Positions 1 to 13,739 of a stretch of DNA of 64,000 nt are shown one piece after another. The DNA is from the human T2T-CHM13v2.0 reference genome, Homo sapiens. The position numbers and the translations under genes were made by a program. The stretch's first letter is position 1. Each line of letters begins with the position of its first letter. The notes below the pieces were generated by a model that did no database searches, was not told where the DNA came from, and was given only the letters and a program-made list of their open reading frames with translations. The stretch lies in NCBI RefSeq assembly GCF_009914755.1, contig NC_060946.1; one strand, given 5' to 3'.

Positions 1-140
1 CCCACAGGGAAGCTTGATTTTAGCCCAAAGACACCTGTGTGAGATTTCTCTCTTCCAGAATTGTGAAAGAATGATTCTATGCTATTTGAAGCCAGTAATG
101 ACATAGTGATTTGTTACAGCTGCTATAGGAAACTCACACA
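1..140 (+). mobile_element. 3' end of a MaLR LTR (MLT1-like)
   Basis: Ends in the typical MLT1 terminus ...gatttgttacagctgctataggaaactcacaca; subfamily not determinable by eye. Confidence 0.6.
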
Positions 141-2156
141 AGGTGAAAGAATGGCATTTGCCTCTCTGAGAAGATGTTTCTCTCTGATCTCTCAGCCTTT
201 TCCAACTTGTTAGCCTTTGGTTTCAATTTGGACAAGAGACAGAGCACAGTTTACTATAAGGAGAGCTAGCACCAGAATTCCACGTAGGGAGAAAATCTCC
301 TGGGTAAACCCCTAGATTGAGTTTTGTACACTGCAGGTGTCTGAGAGCCTAGGGGTCAGATCTCATTACTCCTGAGGAGGGTGGGATTTCCTAGTAGGAG
401 GACAAATTAGATTTGCAGGACACAATCTAATTAGGAAGAAAGAGGGAAGGCTGGAGTCAGAGATGGAAACTAATGGAAGAGAGGAGGAAGGCTCAGGGCA
501 AGGAAAGATGTGACCCTTCCCCCAAGTCTGAAATAAAGCTGTTCAGAGATTTAAAGTCTTTGAGAAAGTTGCATTTTTGTAGAAGAAACTGCAGAAGGGG
601 CTGATTTTAAGTTCCTTTTGCCATATAAGGCTAATTTTATGGTTCCAGAGGGTAGAAGGTGAACATCTTTTCATGGGGGGATAGTAATTTACTCAGACTA
701 CCAAACCCCCTAATTGTCTGCCAGCTGCCTTCCTTAAAGAAGAATCCAAAGCCTCACGGCTGGGAGAAGGGAGAACAGGGAGCAGCCAGCAGCTTTATAA
801 AGCAAGAGAGCTGAAGGGATCTGAGTCAGGGCCCTCTGGTCTGGGTGTTTCCTGGGCTGGAAGATTCTTCTCCTGCTGCTCTAATGTGGACCTCATAGTG
901 TGGAGCTATTTGTTAGGGGCTCCTCTGATGTTGTGACCCAGAAGAAAGGAATTGCTATTTAATCAGAATCTATGAGAGACTGATAAAACAAATTAAATGT
1001 TTTAGACATTTTCTAAATTTCTCTATCCATTATAAGAGGAGAAGTATCAACAATTTGATGACACCTCCACTAATGAGGATTTGCCTATAGTCTTAGGTTG
1101 GGTTTCTAACGACAAGGATTCCCATGTGAGCACCATAATTACAAGCTGCAGGAAACCCTGAGACTGAAGGCAGAAAGTGAGGCAGGGAAGAGATGATGGA
1201 CAGTGAAAGGCCTGTCGGCCAGCAGCTACCCATGAGGACCACAAGAGCTGAAGCCCACATGGAAACATAAGAGAATGCCTCTGGGCTATTCCACCTGAGA
1301 GGTGAGGGAGTTGGGGTATTTATACACGTCACCTGTTCTCACTGATTGAGGGCTGTTCTAGGTGATGCCCATTTCAGGCCCTGAGATCTGCCACATGTGC
1401 AAGCAGAGCTGCTTCCCCAGCTTCAGAGACAGCAGGGAGGCACAGACATGGCCATGAGGGGTCAGCAGAAGTACAGTGAATGAAAAAGGCTGCGGGAAAA
1501 GTCAAAGAGGGCAACGTCCATAAAGAAAAGGTGTGGTTGTTAAATCTGGATCATCTGCATGTGCTAGTTCCCTCTGGAATAAGATGCTGGCTGTTCACTT
1601 GTAAGCAAATGCTACAGAATTCAGGCAGGCCCTCCAAGCAGAGCATCAGCAGCCCTGAACCTGGGCTTCCCAGAAATGTCTGAAGACCACACGATTGGCA
1701 ATTACACCTTCTGTGGAAGATGCACTCTGGATTCTTGAGGAGATCCAAATAATCTTTCTCTTGTAGTATTTGCATCTTTGACTACTATGCCCCCAAGCCT
1801 TTTAAAAGCTGTTGTTTAGACTCTCATTCCCTATATTTAGAAAAATAATCCTACTTGGAATTTCAAGAGTGGCTTATTCTTTGAGATATTAATTACAACT
1901 GACACCATAACTCAGACTCCTCAGGTGTAATAATCTCTTCTTAATGAAATCAGGAGAGACATTGCCATGTCTGTGCTACTGGGGATGAGGAGAAGGAAAG
2001 ACTGTTAAGGTATACAGGAGACTTCATAGACCCTTCTACCAAAACTTTCCAATGACCTTCAAAGTTTGACTGCAATTTGAGAATTGCTCTCAGCAGATGA
2101 GGGCACCAGGAGGAGCAGCAGGGGCAGCCCAGCCTCACACATCTGCTTCCCTGTGT

Positions 2157-2184
2157 GGTTTATGTTACCACTTGCAACACAGTA
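2157..2184 (-). promoter_or_regulatory. Defective 12-spacer recombination signal sequence of the V-kappa orphon
   Basis: Minus strand reads heptamer TACTGTG (consensus CACAGTG, essential CAC lost), 12-nt spacer TTGCAAGTGGTA, nonamer ACATAAACC, directly after the V end (...AGT TAC CCT CC). Confidence 0.9.
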
Positions 2185-2667
2185 GGAGGGTAACTGTAAT
2201 GCTGTTGATAGTAATAAGTGGCCAAATCATCACGCTGCAGGCTGCAGGCTGCTGATGGTGAGAGTGAAATCTGTCCCAGATTGACTGCTACTGAACCAGG
2301 ATGGGACCCCCGTCTGCAGTTTTGTTGCAGCATGAATTAGGAGAGTAGGGGCTTTCCCTGGTTTCTGCTGATACCAGACTAATTTATTACTAATGCTGTG
2401 ACTCACCTGGCAAATGATAGTGACTCTGTCTCCTACAGATGCAGACAGGGAGGATGGAGACTGGGTCATCTGGATATCACGTCTGGTACCTGAGGTTGGA
2501 AACATAAAAACAAACATCTACATAATCAATCATTTATAAGAAGCCCTCCCTGAAGAGCCAGGCTGTACTGAGCACACTGGCTGAGTAAATTCCTAGTGTT
2601 CTCCTTCCTTACCTGGCAGCCAGAGCCCCAGGAGCCCCAGGAGCTGAGTGGGGGCCCTCGCGTCCTT
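2185..2667 (-). pseudogene. IGKV1OR22-1: Immunoglobulin kappa variable subgroup 1 orphon pseudogene (leader exon 2613-2667, V exon 2185-2489)
   Basis: V exon translates [49 protein letters not shown]...[13 protein letters not shown]. The 55-nt leader exon has a GT donor but both ATGs are mutated (AAG GAC GCG instead of ATG GAC ATG). A 7-nt duplication in FR3 causes a frameshift and TGA, and the second conserved Cys is Tyr (YYY). The symbol is inferred from subgroup plus position next to GAB4. Confidence 0.85.
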
Positions 2668-2711
2668 GCTGTGTCCTGACTGGGGCTGACTCCTGCACAG
2701 GGTGTGACCAG

Positions 2712-2762
2712 CCTATTAAGAAGTCTTCAGGGCAGGGGGCTGTGCTCTGGGAACATGCTAAT
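2712..2762 (-). promoter_or_regulatory. V-kappa promoter remnant: TATA-like TTAATA and mutated octamer
   Basis: ATTAGCAT at 2755-2762 (minus strand; consensus ATTTGCAT) about 90 nt upstream of the leader, with a TTAATAG element near 2713-2719. Confidence 0.7.
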
Positions 2763-3636
2763 CAGCAGGGAATGGAGCAGGCTGGGCATAGCTGCAGGGC
2801 TGGCTCATCTCAGTAACTCAGCATAGGAACAATGTCCCTAGGGTCCCAGGTCAAACCAGGGCAGTACAGATATGTCTGTAAATAACGTGTTTCTTCCTGG
2901 GGACCACTTTGTCACAGAGCACATTTTTTGATACTTCTCAAAATTTGAAATACTGCTGAGTACCTGATGAAATAATATATTCCATTGGTGTATTGGGATT
3001 ATTTAGGAGAATATTCTTCTCTGTAGGAAAATGATAGTAAAGTTTTAGAGGGTGTGATCATCGGGTATTTGATATACTCTGAAAGGGAAGGGGATACATT
3101 GTGGTATACTTACAACATTTCTGTGAGTGTGAAATTGTTTCTTCCCTTTAAAAAAATTTATCAAGATAATGCTAAATATATTTCAGTATTTAAATACTTT
3201 CAGTATTTTGGAATGACTTTAATTCATTATTATGATTATCACTATCTGTTCAAGCAATTCCCTGCAGATGCACAAAGATGATACCCTCAACCTCAAAGCA
3301 TGTATTGCTCACAGATCTACCATTATCCAAACCTATGGACCTCTTTAACGCCAGGGATTTTATGGAATGCATCTTATTTTTGGTTTCAGGGCCTCCATAT
3401 TCTATTCCTGTTTCTGTCATTGGTTATTTCTTCCCAGGATTCATCAGCATGAAGGGCTGAGTAGTGATGCTAGACCTGACTACTTAAAAAATAAAAAAAA
3501 AAGTCACTTGTTTCTTCCTCCAATTATAGAAGCATGGATTAGGATAAACTTGAAATTATTCAGGGATCAATTGTCTCCAAAAAAAGACTAATGCCATATT
3601 CCCTGAGTAATGGTCTGGGCTGCACTGCCCACTAGC

Positions 3637-4134
3637 ATGTTCCTGGGGACTCAGGAGGAGCTCCTCTGGAGCCTGGATTCCTGGAGATCAGGTGACGGGG
3701 AGAGCTTGGGAAAGACCAGGACAGTGAGTCCTCCCTCCTAGTGAGGGCAGCTGCTGCTCAGGGCATATCCCTGCCTTGCACTATCAATGCCACTTTCTTT
3801 CCTCTTTTACTCTTTAGCAGTGAGGGAAGGTCATCCTAACCCAGGTGCCAGCCTCCTGTCTCACATCTAGGACAGAGAGTCTCCATCTCCTTTCCAGTAA
3901 GTACCCATGTATATGGAGAAATCACTTGGATTTGGACAAAACTGAACACAGATTCGCATCCATTATATGTCACATCTTTAACAGGGGCCAAGGCATCTCA
4001 GCCTGGTGCAGTCGTAGAGGAAGTGGATTGAACTACATCAGCATCAGTGGGCTTCAGCCTGGGGTTCTGGGGAGTATTACTGATGCCTGACTAGGAGTGG
4101 TCAAATCACTTTAGTGGAGACTCTGCATACACCC
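3637..4134 (+). pseudogene. Highly degenerate immunoglobulin light-chain V gene relic, head-to-head with the V-kappa1 orphon
   Basis: ATG-initiated 55-nt leader-sized exon 3637-3691 with phase-1 GT donor; polypyrimidine tract/AG at ~3817-3820; frameshifted pieces KVILTQVPAS / LGQRVSIS(F) / ITW / IICHIFNRGQGISAWCSRRGSG / ISISGLQP / SGEYY* (Cys codon is TGA at 4081-4083); weak RSS-like CACTTTA...CATACACC at 4107-4134. Confidence 0.7.
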
Positions 4135-4195
4135 TCCTGCTGCCTATTCAGGGGCCTGAACTTGGGGGAACGTACTTGTTTTGAGGGAAAAACGG

Positions 4196-4728
4196 AAACT
4201 TCCTACATTTATATATATATGTATATATGTGTGTGTGTGTGTATATATATATGTGTGTCTGTGTATATATGTGTGTGTGTATGTATGTGTGTATATGTAT
4301 AAATCTCCTGTTAGTTCTGTCCCTCTAGATGTCACTGGCTAATACAGGAAGTTTATTAAGTATTAACTCACACAATCACAAGGTCTCCCAATAGGATGTC
4401 TGCAGGCTGTGGAGCAAGGAGAGCCAGCCAGAGTTCCAAAACTGAAGAACTAGGAGTCCATGTTCGAGGGCAGGAAGCATCCAGCACGGGAGAAAGATGT
4501 AGGCTGGGAGGTGAGGCCCATCTCTTTTCACATTTTTCTGCCTGCTTATAGTCTAGCTGTGTTGGCAGCTGACTGGATTGTGCCCACACAGATTAAGGGC
4601 GGGTCTGCCTTTCCCAGCCCACTGACTCACATATTAATCTCCTTTGGCAACACCCTCACAAACACACCCAGGACCAATACTTTACCTCCTCAATCCAATC
4701 AAGTTGACACTCAGTATTAACCATCACA
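4196..4728 (-). mobile_element. MLT2A-type 3' LTR with its terminal ~150 bp inverted
   Basis: Minus strand starts TGTGATGGTTAATACTGAGTGTCAACTTGATTGG; the terminal segment ...GTTCTGTCCCTCTAGA...CTAATACA is on the plus strand at 4204-4346. Confidence 0.9.
4209..4300. repeat. (TA)n/(TG)n compound microsatellite inside the MLT2 LTR
   Basis: Direct inspection; it gives rise to the low-complexity ORFs 4114-4302 and 4144-4335. Confidence 0.95.
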
Positions 4729-5373
4729 AGCCCACCCCTTGTCACCTTGAACACATACACATCTCCTGAGATCATACCTAATCTTAAAATAAAGACAATA
4801 ATGTGGTCGTAATTACACCTAACATAACTATCCTTCCTACAACCGGAAACGCACCAATCGCCAACCCAAATACTATTACATAAAGTGAACAATGCTTAAA
4901 TGCTGATATGAAGTCAATAACTCTTATGTCACCTGATAAAGAAAAAGGAAATGAAATCAAGATATTTTCTTAGTACATGTGTATACATGCACAAAGATGT
5001 TTTTAAGAAAAGAAGAAAGAAATACTCATGACAGTTCCAGTCCTCATTTCTGCAGCTGGTCACATGGTCACAGCTGGTATTGATTACTACCTTCTTCCAT
5101 TATTCATTCTGTATTTCCTTTGCCTTTAGCAAGCACCTCAGCAGGTTGTGACCCCGGAGGGATCTGGACCATTTAGGTCTTACCTGGGTTGGGCTGTTGT
5201 AGTTTCCCATTGACCTTAATCAGAGTGCATGATAATCCCAAGAGACGCCCTAATGGATCTCCTGTATTCCACGCATACTCTTCCTCACTTCCATTGTGGA
5301 GTAGTGGACTGACTTCATCTTGATAGTCTGGGTCAATCACCGCAGCCAACACTGTAACTCCATTCTTATCCTG

Positions 5374-5640
5374 TTAACTTAAAGGTAGGAGGAGCCCAAA
5401 GTGCCCAGCTGGCCATCTTAACTTCCCATTTAATGGAATCATTATTTTGTCTCTTGGTGGCAGCATTCCTCCCTCTGGAACTAAGATGTCTAGTAAAGCA
5501 GGACGTAATGTCGCGGGAACAGAAAGCAAACATTTTGCTAGTGGATCACTAGGGGTGACAGTGAGTGGTTCCACTTTCACTTCCACCCCTTGATTCCTGG
5601 ACCTGTAAATCCTGGCTATGGGAGAAACAGTACCATACAT
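5374..5640 (-). pseudogene. HERV-L integrase C-terminus/dUTPase remnant
   Basis: LVPEGGMLPPRDKIMIPLNGKLRWPAGHFGLLLPL; a dUTPase downstream of integrase is characteristic of ERV-L. Confidence 0.75.
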
Positions 5641-8600
5641 TGGGCGCTGATTCAGAGCCTACAAGGCCTTCTGGAGTACTTTGCCCCAGCCCTGCACAGT
5701 ATTGTAATTTAGTTGGCATTGTAATTGTGACTTCAAAAGGCCATTCCACTGTTCTATCAATCCAGCTGTTTCAGGATGATGGGGAACATGGTAAGACCAG
5801 TGAATTCCATGAGCATGAGCCCACTGCCCCACTTCTTTACCTGTAAAGTGAGTGCTTGGTCAGAGGCAATACTGTATGGAATACTGTGATGGTGGATAAG
5901 GCATTCCGTGAGTCTGTGAATGGTAGTCTTGGCAGAAGCATTGCGTGCAGGTAGGCAAACCCATATCCGGAGTAAGTGTCTATTCCAGTGAGGACAAACC
6001 TCTGCCCTTTCCATGATGGAAGAGGTCCGATATAATCAACCTGCCACCAGGTAGCTGGCCGCTCACCACAGGGAATGGTGCCATACAAAGGGCTCAGTGT
6101 TGGTCTCTGCTGCTGCTGGCAAATTGGGCACTCAGCAGTGGCCACAGTTCAGCCTTGGTGAGTGGAAGTCCACATTGCTGAATCCATGCATAGCCTCCAT
6201 CCCTGCCACCATGGCCACTATGTTCATGGGCTCATTGGATGATGACAGGGGTGTCTGGGGAAAGAGGCTGAGTGGTATCCACAGAACGGGTCATCTTATC
6301 CACTTGATTATCAAAATCCTCCTCTGCTGAGGTCACCCGTTGGTGAACACTCACATGGGATACAAATATCTTCACAGTTTTTGACGACTCAGAGAGGTCT
6401 ATCTACATACCTCTTCCCCAAACTTCTTTGTCACCAATTCTCCAATCATGCTTCTTCCAAGTCCCTCACCATCCAGCCAAACCATTGTCTACAGCCAATG
6501 AATCACTATATGAAAACACATCTCGTCATTTCTCCTTCCATGCAAAGTGCACAGCCAGGTGCACTGCTCAGTGTTCTGCCCACTGGGAAGATTTCCCTTC
6601 ACCACTGTCCTTCAGAGATGTCCTGGAAAGGGGCTGTAGTGCTGCAGCTGACCGCTTTTGGTGGTGCCTGAATATCATGCAGAACCATCTGTGAACCAGG
6701 CCCTAGTCTTCTCTTCCTCCCTCAACTGATCATAGGGAGCTCCCCATGAGGCCATCGGTGCAGGCTGTGGGAGAGAAGGAAGGGTGGCAGGAGTAGAGAC
6801 CATCAGCATTTCAGCTACTTCCTCACGTAACTTACTTGTGCCCTCAGGACTTACTCAAGCCAAGTCACATATATACCGCTTCCATTTGATGACGGAATAC
6901 TGCTATGCATGACCCACTCTATGGCTAGATGGGTCAGAAAGCATCCACTTCATGATGGGCAGTTCAGGTCGCATGGTGACTTGTTGACCCATAGTCAAAT
7001 GATCAGTTTCCATCAAAGCCCAGTAACAGGCCAAGAGCTGTCTCTCGAAAGGAGAGCAGTTATCTGCAGAAGATGGCAGGGTCTTGCTCCAAAATCCTAG
7101 AGGCCCCCATGGTGATTCACATATGGGGGTCTGCCAAAGGCTCAGAACAGCATTTCTATCTGCCACGGACACCTCAAGCACCATTGGATCTGGTGGGTCA
7201 TATGTCCCAAGTAGCAGAGTGGCTTGCACAGCAGCCTGGACCTATTGCAGAGCCTTCTCTTTTTCTGAACCCCAGTGAATATGGGCAACCTTTTGCGTCG
7301 CTGAATAAATGGGCGGGAGTAACACTCAAATGAGGAATGTGTTGCCTCCAAAATCTAAACAGGCCCACTAGGTGTTGTGCCTCTTTCTTGGTTGTAGGAG
7401 GAGCCAAATGTAGCAGCTTGTTCTTCACCTTAGAAGGAATATCTCAACAGACCCCACACCACTGTACTCCTAGCAAGTTTACTGAGGTAGAAGATCCCTA
7501 AATTTTAGTCAGATTTATTTCCCATCCTCTGGCACACAAATGTCTCACCAGTAAGTCTAGTGTGTTTGCTATTTCTTGCTCACAGGATCCAACCAGCATA
7601 ATGTCATTAATGTAATGGACCAGTGTGATATCTTGTGGAAGCAAAAAGCGATCAAGTTCTCTTCAAATAACATTATGACACAAAGCCAGAGAATTGACAC
7701 ACCCATGAGGTAGGTCAGTAAAGGCATATTGCTGGCCTTTCCTGCTGGAGACAACTTGCTTCTGGTGGCCCTTATGGACAGGAATGGAGAAAAAGGCATT
7801 TGCCAAGTCAATGGCTGCATACCAGGTACAAAGAGATGTGTTAATTTCCTCAAGCAATGAAACCACACCTGGTACATCAACTGCAATTTGAGTTACCACT
7901 TATGTAAGCTTACAATAATCTGCAGTCATTCTCCATGATCCATGTGCCTTCTGCACAGTCCAAACAGGAGAGTTGAATGGGGATGTGGTGGGAATCCCCA
8001 TCCCTGAATCTTTCAAGTCCTTGATGGTGGCACTAATCTCCGCAGTCCCTCAAGGGGTGTATTATTGTTTTTGATTTACTATCTTTCTAGGTAGAGGCAG
8101 CTCTAATGGCTCCCATTTGGCCTTTCCCACCATAAGAGCACTCACTCTACCAGTTAGGAAGCCAATGTGGGGGTTCTGCCAGCTGCTAAGTATGTCTATG
8201 CCAAATATGCATTCTCGAACTGGGGAAATGACCACAGGATGAGTCCAGAGACCCACTGCACCCACTATGTTGGACCTCAGCTAAAACTCCATTAATTACC
8301 TGACCTCCATAAGCCCCTACTTTAGCTGGAGGACTGCAATGACGTTGTGGGTGGAATCAACGTCAGCTCAGAGCCAGTGTCCAGGAGTCCCTGAAATATC
8401 TTATCATTTCCCTTTCCCCAATGCACAGTTACCCTGGTAAAAGGCCAGAAGTCTCTCTGGGGAAGGATGGGAGAAAGATTAACTTCATAAATGGTCAGTA
8501 ATGTAGTGGGTTCCTTCCTCAAGGAGACCCGGCCTCCCCTTCATTCAAGGTGTTCTGGGTCTGTAAAACTTGGTGTTCCAAGTCTGGAAATTGATGGAGG

Positions 8601-9297
8601 GGCCATGAATCTCTGTTTTTATAATTCCAATTAGTCTTTTGTCTGTTTGACCTAGAAATCTTCTCCTTATATAAATTAAGTAGGACTGCATTAGACTTCC
8701 TATCAATTTCACTTCTAGGAACACAATGATTAATTAGCCAATGCCAGAGCTCTACATGAGTCAGACTATTCTGATTGCTGCTTTATCTCTCCTGTCCATT
8801 ACTGTAGCTATGTTCACCATGCCTTTGAGGGTTGAGTGCCACCACTTGGCCCCTGCCACCTCAGGGTCCAATTATTCCCAATTGTATTTAAATTTTGTAA
8901 TTGAGTGACTGCAGTTCTCTCCATTAGATTTGACATACAGAGAAGAGCCATTATAGGGCTCTTCAAAGATGCAGGTGCTTCCTCACAAATCTATTTTGCA
9001 AAGTGTTTGTCAAGGGTATTAAGTATAGAGTCACTAAACTCCTTGCCTGTCATCAGTGATGATTCAGGAGTGTCAAATGTATTTATTTTGCGTAACTCTC
9101 TAAACCGTTCATGTCAAGGACTATCAGTGTTCTCTATACTATTAGAAGTTCAATCCTTAGCATTTTGGGGTCTAATCATATTACACAGCCAACTCCAGAA
9201 ACCCCACAACCAATGAAACTCCAGAAACACCAAAACTAATGAAAGAACTCCTTTCTTAATATTCTATTCCTATAGAACCACTCCTGGTACCAAAATC

Positions 9298-9338
9298 TGT
9301 ATTACTGAGGATTCTCTAGAGGGAGAGAACTAATAGGA

Positions 9339-9385
<47 letters not shown>

Positions 9386-9899
9386 ATATATTTATATATT
9401 ATATATATGACATACATATGTAAGTTAATATGTAATATAACCAATACATAATAAATTCATATGATATATGTGAGTCTACATATAACTCATATTATATATA
9501 TGGATTTATATAGAACTCACATATATGAGTTTATTACTTATTACTTTACAGGATCACAAGGCCCCACAATAGGCTGTCTGCAGGCTTGAGGAACAAGGAG
9601 AGACAGTTTGAGTCTCCAAATTGAAGAACTTGGAGTCCAATGTTCGAGGGCAGGAAGCATCCAGCACAGGAGAAAGATGTAGAAAAGCTAGCCAGCCTCA
9701 CTTTTTCATCTTTTTCTGCCTCCTTTATATTCACTGTCAGCTGAATAGATGATGCCCATCAGATTAATTGGGGGGTCTGCCTTCCCCAGCCTACTGACTC
9801 AAATAATAATCTCCTTTGGCAACACCCTCACAGACACAGCCAGGAACAATACTTAACATCCTTCGATCTAATCAAGTTGACACTGTACTAACTATCACA
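9298..9899 (-). mobile_element. MLT2A-type 5' LTR containing a (TG)n microsatellite (~9342-9384) and an AT-rich tract
   Basis: Termini TGTGAT...TAATACA on the minus strand, followed by the PBS; homologous to 4347-4728. Confidence 0.9.
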
Positions 9900-10279
9900 G
9901 GATTACAGGCCTGAGCCATCATATACAGCTTTGTTGTATATTTCATACAATTTCCTGATTTTCCCATTTTATCTATGACTTAATAAAGTTTTCTTGCTAT
10001 GACCCCAAACATGCTGGTAATAGTTGAAAGCACATTCAAACATATTCTGGGATAAATCGTAACTGGCAAAATTTTGAGCCTTGTGGAAAAAATCACCTTA
10101 CTTGCCTGTGAGCTGTCAATTCCCCATCATTACTATCACTTCTAGGAGCACATTTTCCAAAACCCCTTTTCTCTCTATGGTTTCTTTAGTGTTGTTCAAC
10201 GAGAGGCGCTCCCATGAGATTGGGAAGTCAGAGTGGTGGATTCATGTACACTGACACCTGAAGTAAAACACGTGGAGTT

Positions 10280-12909
<2,630 letters not shown>

Positions 12910-13739
12910 TGACAGGAAGCAGCAGAAAGGCCCTGGGAGCTCGCTGGGTCCCCAGGCAGCCCATTCCTGCCTGGTACTACACACCAGGGCAGGTTTTCTC
13001 ATTTGAAAACAAGATAAGCTAAAATGTATATTTTAAATGTATAACCAATAATTTGGCAAAGTAAAATTATAAATGCTGATTTTTACATGAATACTGAAAC
13101 TTAATGTTGTGTTAATATACCTTCTCTTTAATTTTTCAATACTTTTCAGCTGCCTTCATAAGATACAGTAATCATTAAACATTAAAGTGTATATATAATT
13201 GCCAGATTTTTCCCTTTCACCTTGGGATGTGTCTCAGCCAGGCACATCCAGTGTCCCCAAATATTTAAAGGTCCTGATATACAGTATTTTCATTTTACAG
13301 CTGTGTGTCCCCTTTGCCTGGGTCTGCTCCAGGACTGCTCCTCAGAAATAATCTTGAATCTGCAACAACCACCACAGCTAGCATTTCCAGCCTGCAATAC
13401 TGGAAGTGCAGTCCTTTGATAAACTGAGTCTTGCTCAGATATTACCTGATGGGGAAAAATTAAGCCCTATGGGAATAGTCCAGAGAATGTAGGATTCTTC
13501 TCATGTGGGAAGCCTTGCTGTGGAGGCCCTCCTCAGCAGAACCGGATGGGAACTTTGCCTGGATCCTCACTTTTGCTGTATTTTCCTTCCTCTGAACAGG
13601 TGCTTCCCCAGGAATGGAACACACGCGCACACCGCAGGGCCCACGTGCCCCCTGCTTGCTGCTAAGAGCAGTGTAATTTCATTGTTTAACAGAGACCCTG
13701 ATCCTGAATCACAGTCACTCACTCAACTGTCAGATTATT

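Larger units (their letters stand above)
4196..9899 (-). mobile_element. HERV-L (ERVL) provirus with two MLT2A-type LTRs, defective, internally deleted in gag
   Basis: 5' LTR 9298-9899, PBS GATTTTGGTACCAGGAGTGG, gag remnant, protease LLDTGSELT (ORF 8322-8522), RT fragments (IDLANAFFSIP, ORF 7663-7899), connection/RNase H, integrase (CPICQ...WQVDYIGPLP, ORF 5837-6145), post-integrase dUTPase (ORF 5374-5640), purine tract and 3' LTR 4196-4728. Many stops and frameshifts. Confidence 0.93.

Noticed and set aside
300-905. Possible further Ig relic (nonamer-like gagttttgt near 320; TATAAA near 797 followed by a leader-like Leu-rich stretch)
   Set aside because: No heptamer at the correct spacing, no ATG/GT pair and no V framework motifs found.
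2178-2184. Plus-strand CACAGTA as an inverted functional RSS
   Set aside because: No nonamer at 12 or 23 nt on that side; it is just the mutated heptamer read backwards.
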